Origin: Bacteroidales bacterium
GTDB taxonomy: Bacteria > Bacteroidota > Bacteroidia > Bacteroidales > UBA12077
DNA length: 64,000 nucleotides
Direction: 5' to 3'
NCBI GenBank assembly: GCA_028282585.1
Contig: JANQHR010000080.1
Location: 13,312 to 77,311, forward strand
Shown: one piece after another, positions 10,406 through 20,058 of the stretch
How positions within the stretch are numbered: position 1 is the stretch's first letter
Layout: the number at the start of each line of letters is the position of its first letter
The notes under the pieces: model-generated
The model's input: the letters and a program-made list of their open reading frames with translations, nothing else
What the model was told of the DNA's origin: nothing
Databases searched by the model: none
Made by a program: the position numbers and the translations under genes

Positions 10406-11461
10406 TTAGAATTTATACCATTCAGGATGTTTAATAAAATTCTCTGGAAAATCTATTGTTTGCCATCCAAGAAGAAATTGCTCATATATTTTTTCATTTA
10501 CTTGCCGCTTTTTATCAAGAATTTTATTATATAAATCCATTAGAAGTTTATCTTGCTCTTCTGAAAAAGTCCATAGAAATGTTCCTTCAGAAGAATATTT
10601 GGAAAAAAACTTAGGAGATTTAATATCGCTTAAAATATAGGAATACAAACTAGATAAAGTGCAAATACGCATTTCGCCATTCAAAACAGCTTTTCTAAGT
10701 ATACTTATTAATGGATAATCTATTATACTATTGTTGTTACAATAACAAATTGCTTTTGAATATACATCAGGTCTATCTTCCATATAGCTGGGTATATAAT
10801 CAGGTTTGTGCTTAGCACACATCATTTGTTGCTGCAAAAAATGTAAAATCAGAAGACCTGCTACAGGTGAAACGTCTCGTGGGTCTTTAATATTCATTAA
10901 ATTTTCATCTGGTACTCCAAACGAATCAATTAATTCAAGATAATAACTCATATTATCTACTACTACATATTTAAAAGAATCAATATATTCAACTTCACTA
11001 ACGTTCATTTGTTTTCTATAATATTGATCTAAATCAATACGAGATTTTAATTCTTCTTTTATATCTGTTCTCTTTTTTTCATTAATACGTTTTAATTCTG
11101 AATCTAAATTACTTTTAAGAGTAATCCACTTTTTTTGATCTTTTATCAATGAATCATAATTCTCAATATAATAGCTTTTTGGAAGACCTTTTTCTAAAAG
11201 ACTATATAAATAAGTGTAGGTTTTATCAAATTCTTTACATAATATTGAAGCTATACATGCATTATGATAATCTATTGCCCATGGAATATCAACTTCGCTA
11301 AAAGCTTTTTCGTATGAACTTAAAGCTTCCTTATAATTAAATTCAAGTATATACAATTCGGCTTTACTTGTATTTAGGTAATATTTATAATAATCTACAC
11401 TAAAAACAGTGTTATTAAATCCAAAAAAGATCGTAATAAAAATTGCTATTTTTATTCTCAT
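10406..11461 (-). CDS. Exported hypothetical protein with N-terminal TPR-like helices
   Basis: 351-aa ORF, signal peptide, YY...KAEL.I...Y.EA...Y..AF pattern; directly downstream of the peptide precursor. Confidence 0.7.
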   Translation of the reverse strand: MRIKIAIFITIFFGFNNTVFSVDYYKYYLNTSKAELYILEFNYKEALSSYEKAFSEVDIPWAIDYHNACIASILCKEFDKTYTYLYSLLEKGLPKSYYIENYDSLIKDQKKWITLKSNLDSELKRINEKKRTDIKEELKSRIDLDQYYRKQMNVSEVEYIDSFKYVVVDNMSYYLELIDSFGVPDENLMNIKDPRDVSPVAGLLILHFLQQQMMCAKHKPDYIPSYMEDRPDVYSKAICYCNNNSIIDYPLISILRKAVLNGEMRICTLSSLYSYILSDIKSPKFFSKYSSEGTFLWTFSEEQDKLLMDLYNKILDKKRQVNEKIYEQFLLGWQTIDFPENFIKHPEWYKF

Positions 11462-11612
11462 TTATTCTGAAGTTTATAATGTGTTAAGTCTTTAAATGTT
11501 AAATGACCATATCTCATTAATTAGATGTTAAATAATATTTTATACTATACAAAAATACAATCCAGACAGAACTATACTTTCTGGATTGTAAAACTTGAAA
11601 ATTCGAGATTTA

Positions 11613-11819
11613 TTATTCTCTTTCGCAATCCCATGCTGCAATTAAATTGTCGTATTCATCAGTTGCATCACCACTACAGTTCCATACTTCAGTTGGTGAT
11701 ACCGAATGCGACCAAGAATTTGTACTATTAAGACCTCCTTTAAATAAGCGAAGGTCAGTTAATTCCTCATTTTCAAATTTTTGAAATAGACCATTGTCTA
11801 AATTTTCAAATTTACTCAT
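11613..11819 (-). CDS. Double-glycine leader peptide precursor (RiPP/bacteriocin-like)
   Basis: Leader MSKFENLDNGLFQKFENEELTDLRLFKGG plus 39-aa S/T/D/E/W-rich core with 2 Cys; A-rich initiation region; HlyD remnant nearby. Confidence 0.75.
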   Translation of the reverse strand: MSKFENLDNGLFQKFENEELTDLRLFKGGLNSTNSWSHSVSPTEVWNCSGDATDEYDNLIAAWDCERE

Positions 11820-12031
11820 AATAATTTTAGATTTAATTTCACCTACTCATTCCCTTTTCGGTATCCGGGACTAACTAAACTCAGAACACCTTATTCAATT
11901 AGCTATACTAAATTACTTTCTTGTATTCTTTTTTTTCTGGAGTAGGGAATATTTGTCTAAAATTAATTTAATATGTAAGGGAATAATTAAGTTATAGAAT
12001 TGATAAATTAGTCTTTGATTATACTATCCTC

Positions 12032-12268
12032 CTAAATTACATCTTGAAATTCAAAAACTAATTTAACAGGTTTAATATATTTATAAGATTGTAAACACTT
12101 TTTAAACTCAATTGGTGCTCCTAATTCTTTAAGCAGATTTAGTTCTTCTTAAAGCTTACTTTCAGATATACCTATTTTATCTGCAAACTCCTTTGGAGAT
12201 CCTGTAGCTTTCATCCTAATACATTTATCAATTCTTTTTAACCTTGCGATTCTATACAAAAGTGTCAT
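12032..12268 (-). pseudogene. Small HTH DNA-binding protein with in-frame TAA at codon 40
   Basis: MTLLYRIARLKRIDKCIRMKATGSPKEFADKIGISESKL*EELNLLKELGAPIEF... resembles the Bacteroidota TGSPxEFAxKLGIS..LY...LKxxGAPI HTH family. Confidence 0.75.
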
Positions 12269-12511
12269 AAGTTTTTCTCCTCATTTATATAAAATATACG
12301 TTCCCCTAACTATTCTATGAAAAGAACTGTTAAGGTTATCTAGAAATCATTTTCTATATATTAATTCCTTGATAAGTAAAAAGGTCACCCCTTAGCTGCT
12401 ATGTTTTATAACACATGTTGAAAATGTATGAATATTACAATATGTTATTCAAATCAGAATCTTCATTTTTTTAAATCTGTTTAATATTATTAATAATAAA
12501 TTACCATTGTT

Positions 12512-12799
12512 TTACAACTTGGCAAGCAAAAGTAGAACTTCCAAATTATCAATATGTATATTCAGCAATTCTAAATGATGTGTGAACCATGAATATTTTA
12601 CACGGTATTTTTTGGTTAATGGTGTTAGTACCTTTCGGAATTTAACAGGATATAGCCCTGCAGATATACGAGTTTCACCTTTTACTTTTATATCTCTTTT
12701 CTCATCTTCAATTACAAATGAGAACTTTTTACCATCTACAGTTAGCAATCCTAATGTACTTTCATTATCCCTTGCGATTCTTACGTTAACTAATTTCAT
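12512..12799 (-). pseudogene. DUF5675-like phage-associated protein, C-terminally damaged
   Basis: STLGLL.VDG.....IEDE....KVKGETRISAG.Y; the expected IHxGN...DTxGC motif is reduced to IHIDN and the ORF then ends. Confidence 0.6.
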
Positions 12800-12838
12800 T
12801 TTTTAGTTTGTTATTTAAGGTATATTTACTCCTTATAA

Positions 12839-13027
12839 TTGCCCGCAAAAAATCAACTACGTAACTTAATTTTCTATGAACTAAAAGATAATACATTAAA
12901 AATAACAATTTACGAATATTATAAAAAGCCGGAATACCCGATTGAACAATACGAAGAATTTAGAGACGTAGTAAACGCAGCTGCTGATTTTACAAAAATT
13001 GTTTTGGTTTTAAAACCAAACTCATAA
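12839..13027 (+). pseudogene. C-terminal fragment of a larger protein (DUF3857/transglutaminase-associated type)
   Basis: EYY....YP...YEEFRDVVNAAADF.K.VLVL ending; weak TTG start; followed by a terminator. Confidence 0.55.
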
Positions 13028-13032
13028 AATCA

Positions 13033-13060
13033 AAAACAGGCCTAAAACGGCCTGTTTTTT
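13033..13060. terminator. Bidirectional terminator
   Basis: AAAAACAGGCC-TAAAAC-GGCCTGTTTTTT between convergent ORFs. Confidence 0.85.
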
Positions 13061-13087
13061 CATCACCAAGTACAACTTGAGCTTTGT

Positions 13088-13861
13088 TTATTTTAAAGCT
13101 TTATCCATAATCTTATCAAACCGATTATCCATACAAACACTAACATCGGTAGTTGTAAATTTTCCCTTATAGAATAAACTAAAAATTGTTGCTGGTGTTG
13201 GTAAAGATTGAGCTTGCTCCATGGTTTCCACCTTAATTATTTCCAGTGGCAAATTTCTTTTTTGGGCTGTTTCGCTAAGTACTTTATTAACGTAGTAATC
13301 TGTAAATGGGCAACGATTAGAATAATATACCACCAATCCTTCCTTATTTTCAACTTCTCCTTTTAAAACAGACTCCTTAAATTTAGGATCCTTAGCATTC
13401 TTCTTTATTTTCATCGTTATTAAACTAAAACCAGAAGAAATTTCCTGAACAGTTTCAAATCCCTGACGTAATAACCATTTAGTATCGCTCATAAAGTGAA
13501 ACTTTTTAGTACCCACAACCGTTACTAAACCATTTTTACCCTGTGATTTTGCATCTTCGAGGGCAAGCCTCAATAATTCTTTACCATACCCATTGCCTTT
13601 ATACTTTCCCGAAACCCAAAAACAATTTAAAAGCAAATAATTCGGAGCCTCAACCGGAGCCCACCCTTTTTCAGCAGGACCATATTCGATAAATACTTTT
13701 GCCCTGGCATCGATTCTTCGAAAAACATACCCATTTTTAAATTCTTTTTTTAACCAACTTTTTTTGAACATATAACCTTCATGGCATTTCTTGTCTGAGA
13801 TAGCACAACAGATATGTTCATTATCAATATTCGATTCATTCAATGTGATGATTTTCTCCAT
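13088..13861 (-). CDS. GNAT acetyltransferase with YoaP domain
   Basis: EHICCAISDKK, CFWVSGKYKGNGYG, RCPF, AQSLPTPATIFSLFY.GKF. Confidence 0.9.
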   Translation of the reverse strand: MEKIITLNESNIDNEHICCAISDKKCHEGYMFKKSWLKKEFKNGYVFRRIDARAKVFIEYGPAEKGWAPVEAPNYLLLNCFWVSGKYKGNGYGKELLRLALEDAKSQGKNGLVTVVGTKKFHFMSDTKWLLRQGFETVQEISSGFSLITMKIKKNAKDPKFKESVLKGEVENKEGLVVYYSNRCPFTDYYVNKVLSETAQKRNLPLEIIKVETMEQAQSLPTPATIFSLFYKGKFTTTDVSVCMDNRFDKIMDKALK

Positions 13862-13896
13862 ATTCTTCTTTTTTTATCAAATTTAATAACAGCAAG

Positions 13897-13912
13897 TGAC
13901 AACCTTATGTCA
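13897..13912. promoter_or_regulatory. Palindromic operator TGACA-N6-TGTCA upstream of the YoaP gene
   Basis: Perfect 5-bp arms just upstream of the -7 element TAAATTTG on the minus strand. Confidence 0.5.
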
Positions 13913-13940
13913 ACAGGTTAATAATTAATTATGTTACATG

Positions 13941-14270
13941 TTATATGTTTCTCGTTCTTTTAATAACTAATATAGTTAAAACCAATACCGAGATTGTTAC
14001 CCATAAAATAATGGTTAATAAAGCGATAGAAACTTCAATGTCAAATTTATTTTTAAGAAAATGAGATATTAATAAAAAAAACGGTGCAAGAGCCAATTTG
14101 ATCAGAAAAAATAAAAAAGGTATAGAAATAGTAAACAATACAGGATACTTCCTAAAAATAGGATATTTTTCTCTGATTTTAACCATATACTTCTTAAGAT
14201 AAAAACTCCTTTTTATATCCCCTCTTTTTGTTCTCATATAATTACCTATTTCATAAAATCTAAAATTCAA
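13941..14270 (-). CDS. Small hypothetical membrane protein (start uncertain, possibly 14237)
   Basis: Two hydrophobic segments; no family recognised. Confidence 0.4.
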   Translation of the reverse strand: MNFRFYEIGNYMRTKRGDIKRSFYLKKYMVKIREKYPIFRKYPVLFTISIPFLFFLIKLALAPFFLLISHFLKNKFDIEVSIALLTIILWVTISVLVLTILVIKRTRNI

Positions 14271-14505
14271 TTAATAAGTAATAAAACATTTCAATCTAAA
14301 GTGAAGAGTTCTAAAGTAAAATTTTACGCTTTTATAACGAATTATACAATTTACATATTTTGTTCGATATGGAAATTAGAAAATCATTATTTTTTATAAA
14401 GTTGGTAATCAAAGAATAAAAAACTTCTTTCCAATCTGTAAAAAATTTTATAATTTGTGTACCTTAAAAATGAAATTTAATCAACTTTACTAAAACCATT
14501 ATCGC

Positions 14506-14883
14506 ATGAAAACTATAAAATCGTTATTCATACTTGGTTTAATTTTAATTGCTAACCAAGGTTTTGGACAGAAATTACCTGATAATTACGAGGCTATTTT
14601 TAATGAATTGATCGATAATATGGAATTGATCCGCAGTGGAAATTCTGTTAAAAAAGGAAAAAGTACCCTGACCGTTTTTAATGAGAAAAAGATTGTTCTT
14701 CGTATGACTTATAACAAGCAAGTTAAAAATCTGACTTTTATTAAAGAAGCTGATGATGAGAATAAAATGGTTTGGAAAGCTTCAAACCAACTTACTGCAG
14801 ATATGGTTGACAGACACGAAGAGGACCTTACTGAAGAGTTAATGAAAATGCTCGAAGAAACTCGGGAAAAAGCTAAAGAGTAG
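14506..14883 (+). CDS. Exported hypothetical protein
   Basis: Signal peptide ending GFG/Q, typical of Bacteroidota. Confidence 0.75.
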   Translation: MKTIKSLFILGLILIANQGFGQKLPDNYEAIFNELIDNMELIRSGNSVKKGKSTLTVFNEKKIVLRMTYNKQVKNLTFIKEADDENKMVWKASNQLTADMVDRHEEDLTEELMKMLEETREKAKE

Positions 14884-15271
14884 ATCATTATAGGATTTAT
14901 CCAAATTATGAATATTCAATTGTTTGCATTATAAATTACAAAACTAATATCATAACCTCGAAACAAACACCTTCTGATTAAAATACAATGATTGGAAATA
15001 TTTCGGAATTGATATGATAATAATAAATATTAGGGATTAATTCTAAGTTGGTATTCATTTTGATCCAATACAAATTGAGATAACATTTTTTAATTTTAAT
15101 AAGTTTATGCTATTTATTAGTTATTATTTAACCCCTTTTTACACTAAAATAATTATAAATTAATATTTTTATATACAACATTTTCTATTTTGGCATAGTT
15201 TTAGTATTTACGAGTCTGTTCAAAAATATCATTAATAATCCTATTCATTACTAACATAAAAATCAAAACAA

Positions 15272-15976
15272 ATGGTTAAAAAAATTTTACTCGCAACTAT
15301 TTTCTTTATTTCATGCGGATCTTTAATTGCACAAACATCAGATCTTGACTTCTTTACCGAAGGTGGTGAAAATTTCACACTTTATGTGAATGGAGAGAAA
15401 ATAAATGAACAACCCAAAAGTAAAGTTATAGCTGAAAATATCTCCGGTGATATGGCAGCTGTAAAAATTATATTTGAACAAGAAGGTTTGAGAGAAATCA
15501 AGTCTTCAATGCTAATCGATATGGGAAACTATATGGTTACGGTTATAAAGAAAAACAAAAAAGGAAAATATGTTTTTAGACCTGTTTCTTCTGAGCCTAA
15601 AGGTAATTATGAAATGGTTGAAGAAACAACCATGGTAGAAGTTCAACCAGAAGTTAAAGACTTAAAAGGTACTATAACCGCTAAAGTTGAAGGTAAGCAA
15701 ATTATTCTTGAAGATGGTAGAGTTTTGAAATTCAAGCACATACCTCTAAATGGCACAACTCGGGTTTCGCTTGAAATGAAAGCTCCCGTTGATGCCCAGG
15801 TAACTTTATCATATGATGGTGAAGTTGTTAAATCTACCGAAGTACCATTTAATTATATTGAAATGGATTACAAAAAAAATAATGCTTACATTAAATTGGA
15901 AGTAACTGAATCAGACAAAAACTGGTCAGTTAAGCTTAAAAACATGAACGGTTATAGAATTGAAGTATATCAATAA
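15272..15976 (+). CDS. Exported hypothetical protein
   Basis: Signal peptide ending LIA/Q, FTEGGENFTLYVNG.KIN..P beta-rich domain, followed by a terminator. Confidence 0.8.
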   Translation: MVKKILLATIFFISCGSLIAQTSDLDFFTEGGENFTLYVNGEKINEQPKSKVIAENISGDMAAVKIIFEQEGLREIKSSMLIDMGNYMVTVIKKNKKGKYVFRPVSSEPKGNYEMVEETTMVEVQPEVKDLKGTITAKVEGKQIILEDGRVLKFKHIPLNGTTRVSLEMKAPVDAQVTLSYDGEVVKSTEVPFNYIEMDYKKNNAYIKLEVTESDKNWSVKLKNMNGYRIEVYQ

Positions 15977-15996
15977 GCGTTAAAATAATTATAGAG

Positions 15997-16025
15997 ATAG
16001 GCTGTCTTGTCAGACAGCCTATTTT
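15997..16025. terminator. Terminator between convergent genes
   Basis: ATAGGCTGTCT-TGTC-AGACAGCCTAT-TTT. Confidence 0.85.
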
Positions 16026-16086
16026 ATTGGGAATTCCTTGGATTATCCTCAACCATTTTGTGTTTTGGAAATTTAACCATTAAAAT

Positions 16087-17565
16087 TTATTGTTTTAGAT
16101 ATACGGTAGAGTTTTGGTATTGAGTTAAAATTAACTTATCGTTTTCAAAACGAATATTCATATTAAGATTCCTGTTTCGAAATTCGCCTGATTCAGTTTT
16201 AAACAACTCAATGGGGTCTTGATTTTCATAACTTAGAAAAACTTTATCATTTGAGACTTTAATTACTAATTCATTATTATCGGAATCAGCATATATTCCA
16301 ATATAAGACCTTACTTCGTCCATATCAGTCTCTATGTAAACAGCAGGCATAGAAGTAAAATCAGGGTATTCATATTCAACCGCTATTGCTCTCATTATTT
16401 CACGTAAAAGTGAGTTACCTTCATTTGAATTAACCATAATTACAGCTCCGTATTCAATATTTTTATATGCTGTTGCTTGGGAAACAAAACCTTTATTCCA
16501 ACCGCTATGGCCGAATCTAAGAGAATCTCCTTCGCTTCCAAGAAAAAAACCTATCCCCATAAAATCAGCAGCTTTCTGGGGCGATAGCATTTCATCAATG
16601 GTTTCTTTTTTAAATTGTGATGATTTACCTTTTACAGCCTTCTGAACTTCAATAAGTATGGTTGCTAATTCTGTGGGATTTGTCCATAAACCGGCTGCTG
16701 CCGATTCCGGGTATATATTATTTCCTCCTATTGCTTCGTTTGCAAAATACGGATATGCTATGGAGGTAATATTTGATAAGCTTTCCGGAAGTGGTTGTTG
16801 ATAAGTACTATATTTAAGCCCAAGAGGACGGAAAAGTTCTTCTTCCATAATAAGCGATAAAGGTTTACTAAGGATATCCTCAATGGCTAATTGAGCCACC
16901 GTATATCCACCGCCACTATATTTAAACCCTTTCCCCGGTAAAGCAGCAACCCTTACTTTATTAGAGTTTGCAGGATGTTCACCATTTAAGATTTGTGGCA
17001 CAGTTGGAATCTCATCTGTTTTTGTATAACCTTTAAATCCATGCACGGTCATCCCTGCAGTATGACTTAACAGTTGGCGCAAAGAAACTTTAGGTTGCCA
17101 ATCATCGTTCTTAGGAACTTTCCAGGACTCAAGGTACTCATTAATATCTCTATCCAGATTCACTAGACCTCTCTCTTTCAGCCGCATTACCGTAAGAGCA
17201 AAAATTGGTTTACTAATTGAAGCAGCCTGGAATAATGTGTTAATATCAACTTGTTCATTATTCAACAAATCGCTCTTTCCAAAACCTCTGGCCCATTCAA
17301 TTTCTCCATTATTAATTACTGCAACACTTACGCCTGGTGTATTATAATACTCCATTCTTTCGGAGAGAGTCATTCCAATATATTCATTTTCAATATCAGT
17401 ATTTACCTGTAGGTTACTTATAATTCTTTCTATCCTGGCTTCAATCTCATCTGAATATACCGGGTTATTTGCAGCACTTAATTCCTGTTGTACCTTGTTT
17501 TCTGCATTACAACCTGACAAAATAACAATAAGAATAACAAATCCTTTTAAATGTTTAGTAATCAT
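16087..17565 (-). CDS. Serine hydrolase, beta-lactamase/AmpC-like family, lipoprotein
   Basis: FQAASISK (SxxK), LLSHTAG, FKYSGGGY, HSG; start moved to MITKHL (17565), which gives lipobox LSGC. Confidence 0.88.
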   Translation of the reverse strand: MITKHLKGFVILIVILSGCNAENKVQQELSAANNPVYSDEIEARIERIISNLQVNTDIENEYIGMTLSERMEYYNTPGVSVAVINNGEIEWARGFGKSDLLNNEQVDINTLFQAASISKPIFALTVMRLKERGLVNLDRDINEYLESWKVPKNDDWQPKVSLRQLLSHTAGMTVHGFKGYTKTDEIPTVPQILNGEHPANSNKVRVAALPGKGFKYSGGGYTVAQLAIEDILSKPLSLIMEEELFRPLGLKYSTYQQPLPESLSNITSIAYPYFANEAIGGNNIYPESAAAGLWTNPTELATILIEVQKAVKGKSSQFKKETIDEMLSPQKAADFMGIGFFLGSEGDSLRFGHSGWNKGFVSQATAYKNIEYGAVIMVNSNEGNSLLREIMRAIAVEYEYPDFTSMPAVYIETDMDEVRSYIGIYADSDNNELVIKVSNDKVFLSYENQDPIELFKTESGEFRNRNLNMNIRFENDKLILTQYQNSTVYLKQ

Positions 17566-17783
17566 TTTAGTTTGTTTATTAGTTAATAATCTTTTATATA
17601 ATAACATATTTATAATTTGATTAAAGACTATAAAAAAATTAGGTTGTTGCATTACATGATCATTTCTCAAAATACAACAAATAAAAATCCTTACAATCAA
17701 AATTTTAGCATATTGCACATTAAAATCCCGTCTTGATATTTTCAATAAATAATGGTAATTTAACAATATTATTTGATCTTGAA

Positions 17784-19724
17784 ATGAAAGGGAAAAAGAT
17801 TCACGTACTACTCTACTTTTTGATTATTCAATGTTTGTTTATTTCTGTAAAAGCTCAAATTACCGAAATTGATAGCCTTGAAAATTGTCTAAGAAATTAT
17901 CATACCGAAGATACAATCAGAATTAACCTGCTAAATGAAATTGCTTACAAATTATACCAAATTAATATAGAGTCTATGCACAAATATGCGAATGAAGCCC
18001 TGGAAATAGCCGATAAGTTGGAATTCGCAAAGGGGAAAGCTGAAAGTTTACGTATTATGGGCATATATTATAGAATTAAAGGTGATTATCCTCTAGCACT
18101 TGAATTTTATCAAAGCTCTTTAAAATTGTTTGAACAACTTGGTAACAATTATGGTATAGGTGCTTGCCTGAATAATATAGGAAACATTTACCGTTGGCAA
18201 GAAATTTATACACAAGCTCATCAATACTATCAAAAATCACTGGAAATAAAAAAGGAAATTGGTGATGAAAGAGGTATTTCACTAACCCTAAATAACATTG
18301 GGGTTTGTTTAATGAATGAGGGAGAATATGAAGAATCCCTGGATTATTTGCAAAGATCATTAGTTATTAAACAAGGAATAGGTGATATAAAATCAATTAG
18401 CAACACCCAGTATAATATTGGAAATACTTACGTAAAATTAGGTAATTATGCTAAAGCGTTGGAGTTTTATCAAAGTGCATTAAAAGTAAAAGAACTGGTA
18501 GGCGAGCGTTATGTATATCTGGGAACACTTAAAGGTATGGGTTTTATTTATTATCAACAGGGAAACTATGCGCTTGCTTTAAAAAAAACTACCAAAGCCC
18601 TGGAAATGGAAAAGGACTATGGTTTTTTAGAAGATCAAAAGGACTTATATAAGCAAGTGTCAGATATTTACACTGCTTTAAATAATCCCGCAAAGGCATT
18701 GGAGAATTATATTCTTCATAAAGAAATAAGTGATAGTATTCATAAGACTGAAACTATAAAAAAAATAACGGCCCTGGAACATGATTATAAACATGAAAAA
18801 GAAAAACAAGCGCTTGAATTGGAACAACAAAAACAGGAAGCAATATTTGCAGCTGAAATAAAGCATCAAAAGATAATAAGCATTGCATGGATAGTAGGAT
18901 TTGTAATGATGACAGCTCTTGCGTTAGCTATATTATTTAATTTTATACAAAAACGTAAAGCAAATAGGACACTTACCAAACAAAAAGAAGAAATTGCTGA
19001 AAAAAATACCGAGTTATTAGAACTTAATGCAACAAAAGATAAATTATTTTCTCTTGTAGCACATGATCTGAAAAGCCCGTTTAGTTCACTACTAGGTATT
19101 TTGGAAGAATTATCAGAAAATTTTTCCGAATACGATGATGATAAGAAAGAAGAATATATCAGATATATTAATAATGTTGCCGAAAAAGTATACAAACTAT
19201 TGGAGAATTTACTAACCTGGGCTCAATCTCAAATAGGCAGAACTACATTTATGCCGGAAAAAATTAATCTGGAATCGTTAATTAACGAAATAATTTTATT
19301 ATTTGAGGAAAGTAGCAATAATAAAGAGATAAGTTTAATAACAGGCATCAATAAGGGGTTAACGGTAAGTGCAGACAGAAATATGATTGATACGGTTTTA
19401 AGAAATTTAATACTGAATGCCATAAAATTTACCTCGAAAGGTGGGCTTATAACTATTAAATCGCGCAAAGTAACCGATGAAAACAATAAAAAATTTGTTG
19501 AAATATCAGTAAAAGATAATGGAGTTGGAATTTCTTCTGAAATTCAATCTAAATTATTTAAAGTAACCGAAAATATAACTACTAAAGGAACCGAAAATGA
19601 AAAAGGAAGTGGTTTAGGGCTTTTAATATGTCAGGAATTTATCGAAAAACACGGAGGTAAAATCTGGGTCGAAAGTAAATTAAATAAGGGCAGCAAGTTC
19701 TTTTTTACCATTCCCATGGCATAA
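17784..19724 (+). CDS. TPR-containing sensor histidine kinase
   Basis: Signal peptide, TPR repeats (LNNIG..Y), TM helix, AHDLKSP H-box, NLILNAIKF, DNGVG, GSGLGL; start moved to MKGKK. Confidence 0.92.
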   Translation: MKGKKIHVLLYFLIIQCLFISVKAQITEIDSLENCLRNYHTEDTIRINLLNEIAYKLYQINIESMHKYANEALEIADKLEFAKGKAESLRIMGIYYRIKGDYPLALEFYQSSLKLFEQLGNNYGIGACLNNIGNIYRWQEIYTQAHQYYQKSLEIKKEIGDERGISLTLNNIGVCLMNEGEYEESLDYLQRSLVIKQGIGDIKSISNTQYNIGNTYVKLGNYAKALEFYQSALKVKELVGERYVYLGTLKGMGFIYYQQGNYALALKKTTKALEMEKDYGFLEDQKDLYKQVSDIYTALNNPAKALENYILHKEISDSIHKTETIKKITALEHDYKHEKEKQALELEQQKQEAIFAAEIKHQKIISIAWIVGFVMMTALALAILFNFIQKRKANRTLTKQKEEIAEKNTELLELNATKDKLFSLVAHDLKSPFSSLLGILEELSENFSEYDDDKKEEYIRYINNVAEKVYKLLENLLTWAQSQIGRTTFMPEKINLESLINEIILLFEESSNNKEISLITGINKGLTVSADRNMIDTVLRNLILNAIKFTSKGGLITIKSRKVTDENNKKFVEISVKDNGVGISSEIQSKLFKVTENITTKGTENEKGSGLGLLICQEFIEKHGGKIWVESKLNKGSKFFFTIPMA

Positions 19725-20058
19725 TAAATTTGTAGTATTTATGATTTATAAAAATGACTACTATTTAACAGAGTAACGTTCTTCGGAACCTAATAAACTG
19801 ATATCATTAAACTTTCTTGAGCTTTATAAAAAATGTATTTCAAACGAACTCAATACGGATTTATAGCAAAAGGTTATTTTTCTAATTATCAGAATTTTAA
19901 GCCAATAAGTTGTTAAAAGAACTACAACTTAAAAAACTTAATGCCACTATGTTACATGAAACAAAGCTAATAATCATATGAATTAATTTTGATCAATTAA
20001 AACAATTGGCATTTACTTTTGTTTTAATTTATACAGAATAAGTTAAACAAGCAATATT

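Noticed and set aside
11525-11731. 68-aa plus-strand ORF opposite the precursor
   Set aside because: The minus-strand ORF has the GG leader, initiation context and locus orientation; this one has none
12149-12151. Recoding (Sec/Pyl/read-through) in the HTH gene
   Set aside because: The codon is TAA at a usual Tyr position; a nonsense mutation or sequence error is simpler
14437-14462. Third copy of the ECF promoter (GTGTAC) before the 14506 gene
   Set aside because: The -35 position reads GTAAAA, not TGAACC; it may belong to another sigma. My scan for further copies was by eye and not exhaustive.
15190-15206. Sigma-54-like TTGGCATAGTTTTAGT upstream of the 15272 gene
   Set aside because: The -12 box (TAGT versus TTGC) is poor and no enhancer-binding protein is nearby; too weak to call
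16087-17565. Bona fide beta-lactamase resistance gene
   Set aside because: SxxK/YSG/HSG motifs are shared by many esterases and peptidases of this fold; substrate cannot be inferred
17566-17783. Apparent overlap of the hydrolase and kinase 5' ends in the track
   Set aside because: Signal peptides place the starts at 17565 and 17784, leaving a normal divergent intergenic region
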